A stretch of 61,659 nt of DNA, the filler included. It is 3 parts of 3 records of this genome, joined end to end, with 100 filler letters (N's around TTAATTAATTAA, not from the genome) between each part and the next. Parts side by side here need not be neighbours in the genome. Positions count along the whole stretch, not along the records: positions 1 to 18,501 come from SRR31156797_2553; positions 18,602 to 48,904 come from SRR31156797_2560; 1 more part is not named here. The stretch is one strand, 5' to 3'. The notes under the pieces are model-generated. The model had not been told where the DNA came from and made no database searches. It saw nothing but the letters and a program-made list of their open reading frames with translations. Both the position numbers and the translations under genes were made by a program. Within the stretch, counting starts at the first letter, position 1, and every line of letters begins with the position of its first letter. Below, in pieces: positions 9,953 to 19,897 of the stretch.

Positions 9953-10104
9953 ATAAGTTAGCCCTTGCACCTTTGATCAGCTGTGTTATTTTATTTCTAT
10001 AGGCTGTTGCTTTTGCTAAAGTGTTCGTATATCAAATGGCGTCGGGTCAAAGGGGGAGCAGACAGCCTTCGGGAGTCTGTTTTTGACTTATTCAGGATAG
10101 ATAG

Positions 10105-10545
10105 ATGCTTAATGCAGAAAAAAGTGCTGTCGGTGTAAATGTTTTGGATGGAGCGGTCAGGCCTTTGAATATTTTACTTGTAGAAGATTGTGAGAACAAT
10201 GTGCTTCTGGTGCAATTGTACCTGAAGAAGTTTCCGTATTCCATTGATGTGGCTGAAAATGGCAGCGAAGCTTTTGAATTGTTTCAACGTAAAGAATATG
10301 ACGTCGTACTCATGGATATTGAGATGCCTGTAACTGATGGTTACGAGGCAACTACACTTATGCGCAGTTTTGAGGAAAAGAACAGCCGGGAAAAGACCCC
10401 TATAGTTGCTGTAACTGCCCATGCCCTGCCGGAGAATGAAGATAGAGCCTATGAAGTCGGCTGTGACTTTTTTTTGACTAAACCTGTCCGTAAGGCAGAC
10501 CTGATCTCTACTGTTCAGAAATACGGGGCCAGCGAAGCCTGCTGA
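10105..10545 (+). CDS. Single-domain response regulator (receiver)
   Basis: ILLVED, LMDIEMP, VTAHA and TKPV motifs. Confidence 0.9.
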   Translation: MLNAEKSAVGVNVLDGAVRPLNILLVEDCENNVLLVQLYLKKFPYSIDVAENGSEAFELFQRKEYDVVLMDIEMPVTDGYEATTLMRSFEEKNSREKTPIVAVTAHALPENEDRAYEVGCDFFLTKPVRKADLISTVQKYGASEAC

Positions 10546-10575
10546 TTATGCGCTTTTGAAATTAGTCGATACTAT

Positions 10576-10612
10576 AAGGGCTGGCATAGTTATCTATGTC
10601 AGCCCTTTTTTT
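10576..10612 (+). terminator. Intrinsic terminator
   Basis: AAGGGCTGGCATAG-ttat-CTATGTCAGCCCTT followed by a T-run, between convergent genes. Confidence 0.8.
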
Positions 10613-10631
10613 GAATTTTATGGATGCAGCA

Positions 10632-11594
10632 CTAAAGACCGTTAACTACATTTATTGCCTTTCCTTTCAGAAAAGAGCGCACATTCTCTACTGTTGTGCC
10701 GGTAAGTCTTGAGCGGGCTTCAAGGGTTGCCCACGCAATATGCGGGGTAATGGTCAGATTAGGTGCTCCGGAAAGAGGATTACCGGGCAACATAGGTTCA
10801 TTTTCTACCACATCTAGAGCAGCGCCTGCGATAATTCCTTTAGTTAGCGCTTCAGCAAGATCCGATTCATTAATGAGCGGACCACGTGCAGTGTTGATCA
10901 GGTAAGCATTTGCTTTCATGGTTGAAAGTAGTTTCTTGTTGATGAATTTATTGTTTTCATCAGTCAGCGGGCAATGCAGGGATACTACATCAGCTTCCAA
11001 AAAAAGTTTTTCAAGGGATACGAAGCTGAACGGGCTGTATCCCGGTTCAGGTTTCGGTCTTGGTGCATAGGCCAGAACTTCCATCCCGAACGAGTTGGCG
11101 ATTGTTCCCACCTTTTTGCCAATGTCCCCGAATCCAACAATTCCCATCTTTTTTCCGGCCAGCTCGACGAGCGGTGCATTCCAGAAACAAAAATCTTCCT
11201 GCTGCGCCCATTGTCCGTCTTTTACGGCCCGGTCATGCATGGCGATTCTGTTGGCATGGTTGAGAAGCAGGGCGAAGACATGCTGGGCAACGGAGGGAGG
11301 AGAATAGCCCGGGACATTTGATACCGGGATGTCTCTTGCTGCGGCTGCATCCAGGTCGACCACGTTATATCCGGTAGCTAGTACGGCAATAAATTTGAGT
11401 TTGGGGAGAGCTTTGATTATGTCCGCGTTCAGTACGGTTTTGTTGGTCAGGAGGATGTCTGCATCAGTAGCTCTTTCAAGGATTTGATCTGGTTTTGTTC
11501 GGTCGTGAACAACTAGTTCGCAGAGTTCATCAAGTCCGGTCCATGGATTGTCACCGGGATTTAATGTGTAACCGTCAAGGATAACTGTTTTCAT
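10632..11594 (-). CDS. D-2-hydroxyacid dehydrogenase (glycerate dehydrogenase/hydroxypyruvate reductase-like)
   Basis: GIVGFGDIG, INTARG, ALDV and TPHIAW motifs. Confidence 0.9.
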   Translation of the reverse strand: MKTVILDGYTLNPGDNPWTGLDELCELVVHDRTKPDQILERATDADILLTNKTVLNADIIKALPKLKFIAVLATGYNVVDLDAAAARDIPVSNVPGYSPPSVAQHVFALLLNHANRIAMHDRAVKDGQWAQQEDFCFWNAPLVELAGKKMGIVGFGDIGKKVGTIANSFGMEVLAYAPRPKPEPGYSPFSFVSLEKLFLEADVVSLHCPLTDENNKFINKKLLSTMKANAYLINTARGPLINESDLAEALTKGIIAGAALDVVENEPMLPGNPLSGAPNLTITPHIAWATLEARSRLTGTTVENVRSFLKGKAINVVNGL

Positions 11595-11630
11595 GGACTG
11601 CTTCCCGTAATTTACGCCTTAAATTGGGGG

Positions 11631-12188
11631 TTAGAGCTTGAATTTTTTGTCGGATGCCGGAGCGACCCCGCGCTTTTTCTGGGCTTCGATTTCTTTTGCC
11701 ATTTCTTCTTCGGTTCTATCAGGGTGTTTGCCGGAGTGTTTTTTCTGGATCAAACGTTTTTGGGCGGCAAGGACTATCTTGCTGATAACCTTGTCCTGAG
11801 ATCTTTCGAGTTCAGTGAATTCACAGCCTACTAGTTTCGGGGTTCTTCTGGCAATTTTGAGTTTGATATTTTTCAGAACAGGTTTTCCGGACCAGATTAA
11901 TACTGCATCTATGACAGTCCCTACTGGAAATTCCTTGCTGCTGGCAAAGCCGATGCCGCTGGCGCTGATGTCCAGTATGCGGCATTTGACCCTTGGTACA
12001 CGACATATGACATGCATGTTGTCCACTTCAATTCTGAAAGCTCGACGTGCGGCCGGGACATCTTTTTGCGGTTTAAATTCAATGTCCAGCGATTCTTCTG
12101 CATTTCGACCAAGCATGCGGTCCAGTTTGGTCTTCAGTTTGCCAACTAGTCCGGGCTTGTTTTTTGTTTTATCCTTCCCCATTCTCAT
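11631..12188 (-). CDS. PilZ domain protein
   Basis: RxxxR (RRAFR) and DxSxxG (DISASG) c-di-GMP-binding motifs. Confidence 0.85.
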   Translation of the reverse strand: MRMGKDKTKNKPGLVGKLKTKLDRMLGRNAEESLDIEFKPQKDVPAARRAFRIEVDNMHVICRVPRVKCRILDISASGIGFASSKEFPVGTVIDAVLIWSGKPVLKNIKLKIARRTPKLVGCEFTELERSQDKVISKIVLAAQKRLIQKKHSGKHPDRTEEEMAKEIEAQKKRGVAPASDKKFKL

Positions 12189-12406
12189 CCCCTGATGAAA
12201 TTAAAAAAGTGATAACAATTAACTGTTGTATAATGCTCCAGTATTGTTACGCTTAATTCATTTCTGCACTTTACGTTATCATATATAGATGAAGTGGTTT
12301 GTCAATGTTTATACATAAACTAGAGCTTGACATTATTGAAAAATATAGCGAAGAATAATAAAAATTTTGGCAATGAATCGGGTTAAATACTTGGAGGTAT
12401 TTGGGA

Positions 12407-12550
12407 ATGATAGGCGAACTCATCAGTAACATGGGGCACAGCACTACTGCTGGCTTTGTAGGTGTATCTCTCATTTTTGGTTATCTTGCATGGATGCTGT
12501 TCATGATTTTTCGTAGGATTAATGAAACCAAAAACGAAAGTCATCATTAA
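12407..12550 (+). CDS. Small single-TM membrane protein, 47 aa (MIGELISNMGHSTTAGFVGVSLIFGYLAWMLFMIFRRINETKNESHH); not in ORF track
   Basis: GGAGGT at 12393-12398, 8 nt before ATG; one hydrophobic helix followed by RR; terminator downstream. Confidence 0.7.
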   Translation: MIGELISNMGHSTTAGFVGVSLIFGYLAWMLFMIFRRINETKNESHH

Positions 12551-12584
12551 GAAATTTTCGAAAAGACTATTTGTTCTTTTCAGT

Positions 12585-12614
12585 AAAAAAGGCCCGCATT
12601 TGCGGGCCTTTTTT
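12585..12614. terminator. Bidirectional intrinsic terminator
   Basis: AAAAAAGGCCCGCA-tt-TGCGGGCCTTTTTT. Confidence 0.85.
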
Positions 12615-13098
12615 ATTTGAGCTTGTTGTTTATCGCTGTCAGTTGTTCCAGTACTATTTCTAACTGGGCATCAAAGATGTGAGCCAGATCTTTCAGCTTC
12701 TGATCTTTAGCTTTGGCTAGAATGTCCCGGATAAAAAATTTGCGTCGATTGAAGTCGCTGTATGCATATTCGCATTTTCTTTTAAGTAGTTCAGCTTGTC
12801 TGCTATGAAATTTCTTTTCGCGTTTTACAAGGTTAACCACAGAAAAGAGTGAGGTCAGGCTATGCACCTGCATTTTGCTTGTTTTGCACATGTCGGACAT
12901 GTCCTGTAGTGCGTATACCCTGTCCGGTTGGGTGTCGGCCCCGGTGATCTTGTCGATTTTCATGCCCAGCGTTCTGAAGGATGCTTCAACTCCTGAAAGT
13001 TTATCAAACTGCGCAGAAATGTCCGGGGTGCCACAAAAGCCTGAGCAGGGTGTAAGCAGGGCCATGGTGATAATTAGCGTGATAATTGTTTTTTTCAT
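12613..13098 (-). CDS. Exported hypothetical protein
   Basis: MKK plus hydrophobic signal peptide; start overlaps the rmlA stop by 1 nt. Confidence 0.75.
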   Translation of the reverse strand: MKKTIITLIITMALLTPCSGFCGTPDISAQFDKLSGVEASFRTLGMKIDKITGADTQPDRVYALQDMSDMCKTSKMQVHSLTSLFSVVNLVKREKKFHSRQAELLKRKCEYAYSDFNRRKFFIRDILAKAKDQKLKDLAHIFDAQLEIVLEQLTAINNKLK

Positions 13099-13979
13099 TA
13101 ATTCTTCGCCTTTGCGTCGTTGTAAATTTCCATCAAATACTGGCCGTAGTCATTTTTGAGCATATCTGTAGCCATGGCTTTCAGTTCATCAAGAGATATA
13201 TAGCCCATGCGGAAGGCAATTTCTTCTAGGCAGGCCAGCATGAACCCCTGCCTTTCCTGAACTGCTTCCACATAAGAAGCGGCGCGGAGCAGTGACTGGT
13301 GGGTCCCCATGTCCAGCCATGCGTAACCCCGTCCGAGCAGTTCAACGTTGAGTTGTCCGCGCTTGAGGTATTCGTTGTTCACATCAGTTATTTCGAGTTC
13401 TCCGCGTTCTGAAGGCTTGATTCTTTTGGCGATTTCAATGACCGAGTTGTCGTAAAAATAGAGTCCGGTTACCGCAAATTTGGATTTGGGGATTTCAGGT
13501 TTTTCCTCAATGCTGATTACGGTTTGGTTTTTGTCGAATTCAACCACGCCGTACCGTCTGGGGTCCTTGACTGCGTAGGCGAAAACCGTTCCTCCTTCCT
13601 TTAGTGCGGCGGTTTTTTGCAGGATGTGCGGCAGGTCGTGCCCGTAAAAAATGTTATCACCAAGGATCAGGCTGACACTGTCATTCCCGATGAATTCCTC
13701 GCCGATGATGAAAGCCTGTGCCAGTCCTTCCGGTTTTGGCTGGACCTTGTATGAAATATTGATGCCTAAGCTTGATCCGTCACCGAGTAGGTCCTCGAAC
13801 CTGTGCAGGTCTTCGGGGGTGGAAATGATCAGGATATCACGGATGCCTGACATCATGTGAATGGAGAGTGGGTAGTAAATCATTGGTTTGTCATAAACAG
13901 GCAGAAGCTGTTTGCTGACCACTCTTGTCAGGGGATAAAGCCTGGTGCCGGACCCCCCGGCTAGAATAATTCCTTTCAT
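13098..13979 (-). CDS. rfbA: Glucose-1-phosphate thymidylyltransferase
   Basis: [35 protein letters not shown] and RGELEITD motifs. Confidence 0.97.
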   Translation of the reverse strand: MKGIILAGGSGTRLYPLTRVVSKQLLPVYDKPMIYYPLSIHMMSGIRDILIISTPEDLHRFEDLLGDGSSLGINISYKVQPKPEGLAQAFIIGEEFIGNDSVSLILGDNIFYGHDLPHILQKTAALKEGGTVFAYAVKDPRRYGVVEFDKNQTVISIEEKPEIPKSKFAVTGLYFYDNSVIEIAKRIKPSERGELEITDVNNEYLKRGQLNVELLGRGYAWLDMGTHQSLLRAASYVEAVQERQGFMLACLEEIAFRMGYISLDELKAMATDMLKNDYGQYLMEIYNDAKAKN

Positions 13980-14111
13980 ATTATACCTTCCTCACAGTGA
14001 TTATCTCTGGTAAGCCGTACTTAAATTAACAATAAATTCTTGAGGTGTCTGCTTTTATAGCATTAAATAGCCTGAATTTGTCCACATCCGCAAACAAGGA
14101 GTTTTCGTTCT

Positions 14112-14816
14112 ATGCGCGGCCCCATGTTTTCACTGCCCACCGTATTTTTTCTGGGCGTCATTTTTTTTGTCCTCATATTCTTTTTGTTTATATTTGTACA
14201 GGTTGGTCTAGTTACCGTAGCTTTCTCCAAGCTGGGACTGACTGCAGGGCAGGGTTTTCTGCTGCTTATTGCCACCTTATTCGGGAGCGGGGTTAATATT
14301 CCGGTCTTCCGCTCTGAAAGGTTGGTCCCTGATGTGCGCATTAGACGGGTGCGTATGTTCAATCCCTATTCCCCGCTTGAGCCCCAGCGCGATGCCGCAA
14401 CCCTGACCAATCAGGTAGTGGCGGTGAATTTTGGTGGTTGTGTGATTCCTGTGCTACTGTCCCTGTCTCTACTCAGCAGGTCCGGTTTTGATTTTTCTAT
14501 CCTGCTTTGTGTGCTTGTGGTCAGCGCTGCAACTTACGCTCTTGCTAGGCCAATCCCCGGAGTCGGAATTGGAATTCCGGTGCTTATTCCGCCGCTGATT
14601 ACCGCTCTTGCGGCCCTGATTTTCGTTCAGGGTGAAATGGCACCTATAGCGGCCTATGTTGCGGGAAGCCTCGGAACCTTGATAGGGGCGGATCTGTTGC
14701 ACCTTGCCACTCCGGCCACCCGGCGGGTGCTAGATGCTCCGGTGGTTTCCATCGGCGGGGCCGGGACTTTTGACGGGATTTTCATTACCGGGATTCTGGC
14801 CGTATTGCTGGCTTGA
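14112..14816 (+). CDS. DUF1614 family membrane protein
   Basis: AVNFGGCVIP, GTLIGADLLHL and SIGGAGTFDGIF motifs. Confidence 0.8.
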   Translation: MRGPMFSLPTVFFLGVIFFVLIFFLFIFVQVGLVTVAFSKLGLTAGQGFLLLIATLFGSGVNIPVFRSERLVPDVRIRRVRMFNPYSPLEPQRDAATLTNQVVAVNFGGCVIPVLLSLSLLSRSGFDFSILLCVLVVSAATYALARPIPGVGIGIPVLIPPLITALAALIFVQGEMAPIAAYVAGSLGTLIGADLLHLATPATRRVLDAPVVSIGGAGTFDGIFITGILAVLLA

Positions 14817-14835
14817 TTTTGATAAGGAGTTTTTT

Positions 14836-15612
14836 GTGATTGAATGTGATTTTTCTACGACAAATGGAGCAGGTCCCGGAAGCAGGATCGTGTTAGGTAA
14901 TTCACGTTTCCTGCCGCAAGGATGTTTCTGTGTGTCCGTTTCCGGCGGAACCAAAGCATTACGTGCCGGAATGGTCCTTGAGAAAGACGGAGTTGAGCTG
15001 TTACGTATAGTCTCCGGTTTTTGGACTTCCGGGATTCCCGGAGCGAAATCATGGACTGTTGAAGTTCTGGCTGAGTTGCCCGCATGTGCTGCTGAGCTGA
15101 CTATAAAAAAAGAAGGTTACTCCCTTGCTTACGTCACTTTGAGTGACAAGGGCGCAGCCGGGGAAAGAAGGGACGAAGCCGGTCCGCTTATTGCTGAAAT
15201 GATAAAAAATGCACTTCCGCTTTCCATAGTCCAAGGCTATTTGATACCAGACGAGTGCGCTGATTTGAAAGCTTTGCTCATGCAGTTGGCTCATGTGGAT
15301 GGATTTGATCTGATTATGACCACCGGAGGGACCGGGGTGGGGCCGCGTGATGTTTCTCCTGAAGCGACTCTTGCAGTGATTGAAAAGAGGTTGCCCGGAT
15401 TCGAGAGGGCGATCACTGCCACCGGATTGGAAAAAACTCCTCATGCCATGATTTCGCGTGCAGTGGCCGGCACTTTGGGTGAGAGTGTTGTGGTGAATTT
15501 CCCCGGTAGTCCCAAAGCTGTGCGGGAAAGTCTTGACGCAGTATTGCCGGCCTTGAAGCATTCAGTGGACAAGTTGCAGGGTGATAAAACCGATTGTGCG
15601 GTTGTTTCCTAG
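14836..15612 (+). CDS. MogA/MoaB-family molybdenum cofactor biosynthesis protein with extra N-terminal domain
   Basis: TLSDKG, TTGGTGVGPRDVSPEAT and NFPGSPKAV motifs; GTG 14836 follows AAGGAG. Confidence 0.85.
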   Translation: MIECDFSTTNGAGPGSRIVLGNSRFLPQGCFCVSVSGGTKALRAGMVLEKDGVELLRIVSGFWTSGIPGAKSWTVEVLAELPACAAELTIKKEGYSLAYVTLSDKGAAGERRDEAGPLIAEMIKNALPLSIVQGYLIPDECADLKALLMQLAHVDGFDLIMTTGGTGVGPRDVSPEATLAVIEKRLPGFERAITATGLEKTPHAMISRAVAGTLGESVVVNFPGSPKAVRESLDAVLPALKHSVDKLQGDKTDCAVVS

Positions 15613-15724
15613 TGTTTAAAACAAAAATGATACTTGATTCCTTGCGCGGGAACATCTATATAGGTTTTGATTTTTGTATATTAATTCTTCCAAAGATAAT
15701 AACCACACGTTCAGGATGTGTAGA

Positions 15725-17149
15725 ATGAAACGCAATGTTCCGTTTTTATTAGTTTTGATTTTCATGCTCTCGTCAGTATCTTTTGCCTATGCACAGGAAC
15801 AGGGAGAAAACACTCTCGGTGAAGCAAAAGCGCCAGTCTCCATGGAAGAGGCTACCACTCAGGTTCCGCAGGCTGTTACTGATGATGCTGTGGGGGCTGA
15901 TATGAAGCTTACCCTTGAAGAGTGCGTAAAGCTCGGGCTGAAACAGAATCCGTCCATTATTGCAGCCCGTAAAGATTTGCTGGCAGCAGAAAGCGATGTG
16001 AAAAGACAGCGCGGAGCTTTCGGTGGACCTGTTACTGCCAAGTACGGTTACACCCATAGCGGTGACCAGCCCCGCTCCGGTAGCACTCCTGCTGACTATC
16101 AGGACAAATGGGCTTTTTCTGTTAATGTAAGTCAGCCCGTATTTAAAGGTTTTGAGCTGCTTTCCAAGTACCAGAAAACCAAGTTGCAGCGTGCTTCAAC
16201 CGAGGCCAGCCTCTACAATGCAGAACTGACCTTGATCAGCAATATCCAGACTTCTTTTTTGACCCTGCTGCAGGGGCGTATGGAAGTTAAAAGTAAGCAG
16301 GACTCTGTTGCTCGTCTGCAGTCCCAGCTTGATGTTATTCAGGCTTTCTATCAGGTCGGTCTTCGTCCGAGAGTTGATGTACTGCAGGCTGAGGTTGAGC
16401 TTGCCAACGCAGAACAGGATCTGCTCATCGCTAAGAACACTGTGGATTCAAGGGCTGCAAGGCTGAATACTCTGCTTAACCTGCCTATTGAAAAAAAGGT
16501 GGATTACTCTGGTGAACTGACCTACATGCCTTTTTCCATGAATCTTGATCAGTGCATCGCCAAGGCCGATAAAGGTCGTCCTGATCTGAAGATTGCCCGT
16601 AAAGCAGTTGAAATTTCAGAAGAAGATGTGACCATCGCCGAGAGCGGTTTTTATCCCGATATTACTGCTGACTTTAACTACAGCAGTGAAGGTGGCGATC
16701 CTTCTGTCAGCAAGAATAAATACAACTACCAGAACCGCCCTGATTCCTGGAATGTGGGCGCGAACATGAATTGGGAAGTTTTTAGCTGGGGCCAGACTTA
16801 CTACGACACCAAGCGTGCTGAAGATAACGTAAAGAAGATTAAGGCTGAGTTTGACAACACCCGTCTTGAAGCTTCCTACGAAATTAAAGATCAGTTGCTC
16901 AGCCTTAAGGCTGCTGCTGACCGTATCGGTGTGGGCCGTAAGTCCGTTGAAGCAGGTCGTGAAGGTTACAGAATGGCTATGGCCCGCTATCAGGCTCAGG
17001 TCAGCACAAACAACGAAGTGCTTAACGCTCAGTCCCGTTTGAGTGACAGTGAAGCCCAGCTGATTCAGGCCCTGTCCGACTATCAGGTTGCTCTCGCCAA
17101 GCTTTACGTTGCCATGGGCGACATGAACCCATCTCTCAAGACTAACTAG
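15725..17149 (+). CDS. TolC family outer membrane efflux protein
   Basis: Signal peptide and two OEP repeats (DVLQAEVELA, EVLNAQSRL). Confidence 0.9.
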   Translation: MKRNVPFLLVLIFMLSSVSFAYAQEQGENTLGEAKAPVSMEEATTQVPQAVTDDAVGADMKLTLEECVKLGLKQNPSIIAARKDLLAAESDVKRQRGAFGGPVTAKYGYTHSGDQPRSGSTPADYQDKWAFSVNVSQPVFKGFELLSKYQKTKLQRASTEASLYNAELTLISNIQTSFLTLLQGRMEVKSKQDSVARLQSQLDVIQAFYQVGLRPRVDVLQAEVELANAEQDLLIAKNTVDSRAARLNTLLNLPIEKKVDYSGELTYMPFSMNLDQCIAKADKGRPDLKIARKAVEISEEDVTIAESGFYPDITADFNYSSEGGDPSVSKNKYNYQNRPDSWNVGANMNWEVFSWGQTYYDTKRAEDNVKKIKAEFDNTRLEASYEIKDQLLSLKAAADRIGVGRKSVEAGREGYRMAMARYQAQVSTNNEVLNAQSRLSDSEAQLIQALSDYQVALAKLYVAMGDMNPSLKTN

Positions 17150-17185
17150 GGAATAGGTTCAACTTTAATTTATATTGAATTCTTT

Positions 17186-17223
17186 TCCGGCAGATTGCTT
17201 ATTGGCAGTCTGCCGGATTTTTA
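17186..17223 (+). terminator. Intrinsic terminator
   Basis: TCCGGCAGATTGC...GCAGTCTGCCGGA followed by a T-run. Confidence 0.8.
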
Positions 17224-17519
17224 TTGTGGACATCAGGCTTTGATGGAATTTATATTGTTGAGAACCGGAGGGAGAAATGTTCAGAGGGCGAAGCCTTTTT
17301 AATAAGAGACAGGATAACGGGCAGGATCAGGAAGGCCGTTGCAGCAAGTGCGGCGGAGATTTGTATACACATCGCGAATGACGCGGGGTGTTTTTACGCT
17401 GCGGGTCCTGCGGCAGTAAATTTAATGTAGCTGATTATTCGGAATATATAGACGACGATTTTGAAGAAGAAATGGCTAACGTGCCCATGAACAGGCTTTA
17501 ATGGAGTTCGGACGGTAAA

Positions 17520-18431
17520 ATGTTCAGGAAACTGGCAGTACTTTTTCTTATTATTTTTCTGGGAAGTTGCGGCCTTGCATACGCCGGTGATTCGCACAGC
17601 TGGGACGAACTTAAAGACAGGCTCGTGGCTGACGGGTTCAACCTCGAATATGTGAATGCTGTTTTTTCAGCTAGCTCACTAGAATATGATTCGGCTATGA
17701 TGGCTCGCAAGATGCGGGTTTTGCTCAAGCGTAGATTTGAGCCTCCGGCAAAGAAAGTTGCTCGGGAAAAGGAATTTGATGAAAGGTATGTCGGTCCGAT
17801 CATGTTGGCCGGGGGATATTCCTATCTTCGTGAGCATTACGCATTGTTACTGGATATTGATAAAGAATATGGTGTGGCCCCGTCTGTGTTGGTTGCCCTC
17901 CTTTTAGTGGAGACCAAACTCGGATTTACTCTGGGGGATGCTCCTGCTTTCAATAATCTCGCCAATATGGCTGCAAGTCCAGATCCTTTGAAATTTTTTG
18001 ATAAACTCGGTCATGAGAAGCTGGAAGAAAAGGATATGATCTGGCTTAAAAAGCGAACCAAGAAAAAGGCTGACTGGGCTTACCGAGAACTTTCAGCTTT
18101 ACTGAAATTCTCTTCAGAAAATTCTATAGTGCCTACTGAAATTCCTGGTTCTCCCTACGGGGCTTTCGGGATCTGCCAGTTCATGCCCAGCACAGCTATT
18201 CATTACGCGGTAGATGGTGACAAAGATGGACGTATCGATCTTTTCAGTCGCGAAGATGCCCTGTTCAGTATGGCAAGTTTTCTAAAAAGGCATGGTTGGA
18301 AGAATTCCCTGAGCAAGAAAAAGAAGCTTAAGGTGATATATCGCTACAACCATTCCATGGTTTACGCCCGAACCATCTATGAAGTTTCTCGTCAGCTCGA
18401 AAAAATTCGTTCTACTTTCGGACCGGAGTAA
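17520..18431 (+). CDS. Lytic murein transglycosylase (MltB/SLT_2-like)
   Basis: LLVETKLG, GSPYGAFGICQFMPS, VDGDKDGRIDL and YRYNHS motifs. Confidence 0.88.
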   Translation: MFRKLAVLFLIIFLGSCGLAYAGDSHSWDELKDRLVADGFNLEYVNAVFSASSLEYDSAMMARKMRVLLKRRFEPPAKKVAREKEFDERYVGPIMLAGGYSYLREHYALLLDIDKEYGVAPSVLVALLLVETKLGFTLGDAPAFNNLANMAASPDPLKFFDKLGHEKLEEKDMIWLKKRTKKKADWAYRELSALLKFSSENSIVPTEIPGSPYGAFGICQFMPSTAIHYAVDGDKDGRIDLFSREDALFSMASFLKRHGWKNSLSKKKKLKVIYRYNHSMVYARTIYEVSRQLEKIRSTFGPE

Positions 18432-18437
18432 TATTTT

Positions 18438-18501
18438 GCTTCCGGCGGCCCTTCGGGGACCCTGCCGGGGCCTTAAACCCTTTGGAAAGGGTTTAAGAAT
18501 C
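18438..18501. repeat. REP-like palindromic extragenic element (truncated by contig end)
   Basis: CCGGC..CCTTCGGG..GCCGG hairpin plus perfect CTTAAACCCTTT-gg-AAAGGGTTTAAG palindrome (18472-18497). Confidence 0.55.
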
Positions 18502-18601
18502 NNNNNNNNNNNNNNNNNNNNNNNNNNNNNNNNNNNNNNNNNNNNTTAATTAATTAANNNNNNNNNNNNNNNNNNNNNNNNNNNNNNNNNNNNNNNNNNN
18601 N
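18502..18601. other. Artificial contig linker (44 N + TTAATTAATTAA + 44 N)
   Basis: All-frame stop spacer; identical to the one at 48905-49004. Confidence 0.98.
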
Positions 18602-19727
18602 CTTCGATTTTGGAAAAATCAAGGATGTCGTTGATAATCGAGAGGAGTGAGTTGCCCGCTTCCATGACCCGTTTGAGGTACGCGTCCTTTCGTTCCGGGT
18701 CACTCATTGTCAGGGCCAGTTCTGACATGCCGAGCACTGCGTTGAGTGGGGTGCGTATTTCGTGACTCATATTAGCCAGAAAGGATGATTTTGCCCGTGT
18801 GGCGGCATCTGCCTTTTTCATGGCGGAGATTAGTCTTGTCGATTTGTTGGTCAATTTGATGTTGGCTTCTTCGAGTTCTTTTGTACGTTTTTTTACTCGA
18901 TCTTCCAGTTTGTCATGTGCTCGTTTCAAGGCATCTTCAGCCTGCTGTCTGGCTGTGATATCTATGCCGAGGACCATGATCATTCGTTCTCCAGCGGAAT
19001 CCGTCATAGGACTGCATTGAAGGTGGAATGTCCGCCCCTGTGAATCGGTCCAGTCCCATTCCACGGCCCGGTCTGTATTCATGGCTTCCATGGGGGGGCA
19101 GGATGCGCAGGAGCCAGAGGAACAGTTCAGGGCTTCTTTGCATGTTTTATTTTTTGGGCTGCCAAAATATCTTCTGAAATAACGGTTTGCGTACCGGATG
19201 GTTTGGTCCGGGTAGAGGTGGTAGACGATACCGGGAAGTGATTCCATGAAGAAGATTTGTCGTTGTTGTTCGCGTCGAAGATCTTCGTCGGTTCTTCGTA
19301 ATTTTGTCAGATCAAGAGTGTGAACCGCCAGTCGGGCCACTTCTCCCCAAGGATTGGCTACCGGGACAATGGAATGAACCAGAGAACGACCGTCGATTTC
19401 TTCTTCAAACCGGACAGAGCGGACTTCACGGATCGCTTCTTCGATCTTGGCCTTGCGGGAATCTGCGGCCCCTCTGGGCAGAAGTTCGTAGACATTGGAT
19501 TGTTGGAGTGTCTGCCCAGGCTTTAGCTCAAAAAGTTTTTCCGCGGCTCCGTTGGCCGCCAAGACGTATCCGCTTACATCCATGACGAATGCGGATTCCA
19601 CAGAGGAGTCCATCAAGGCTCGCGATGTTTCGTCTAAAGCAACGTATGACGTTGGTCTCGCTGGTTTTTTTTTGATTGTCATGATATGCCTGAAGTCTTT
19701 TCTGAGTGTGGCGGTGAATTGAGACAT
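18602..19727 (-). CDS. PAS-domain sensor histidine kinase (partial, cut by contig end)
   Basis: Two PAS regions and [18 protein letters not shown]...[11 protein letters not shown]; runs into the linker. Confidence 0.9.
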
Positions 19728-19897
19728 CCGTTCCCATGCCTGTCGGTGTCCGAAAGATTTTCAATGCTAAAAAGCGTAAAAAAACATCGTAAATTGGTCA
19801 ATGATAAAACCTTGCCTCGTGATTTTGCACCATTTCACTTGGTCACAGTTGCCATTTTTTGGTGTTTCCGTATCGTGACTGTTGTCAGGAGGATTTT

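Noticed and set aside
17224-17519. Short ORFs between tolC and the transglycosylase gene
   Set aside because: No RBS or recognisable motif; likely promoter or leader DNA.
18546-18557. TTAATTAATTAA palindrome (also 48949-48960) and ORFs ending in ...XXXLIN
   Set aside because: Artificial all-frame-stop linker, not biological.
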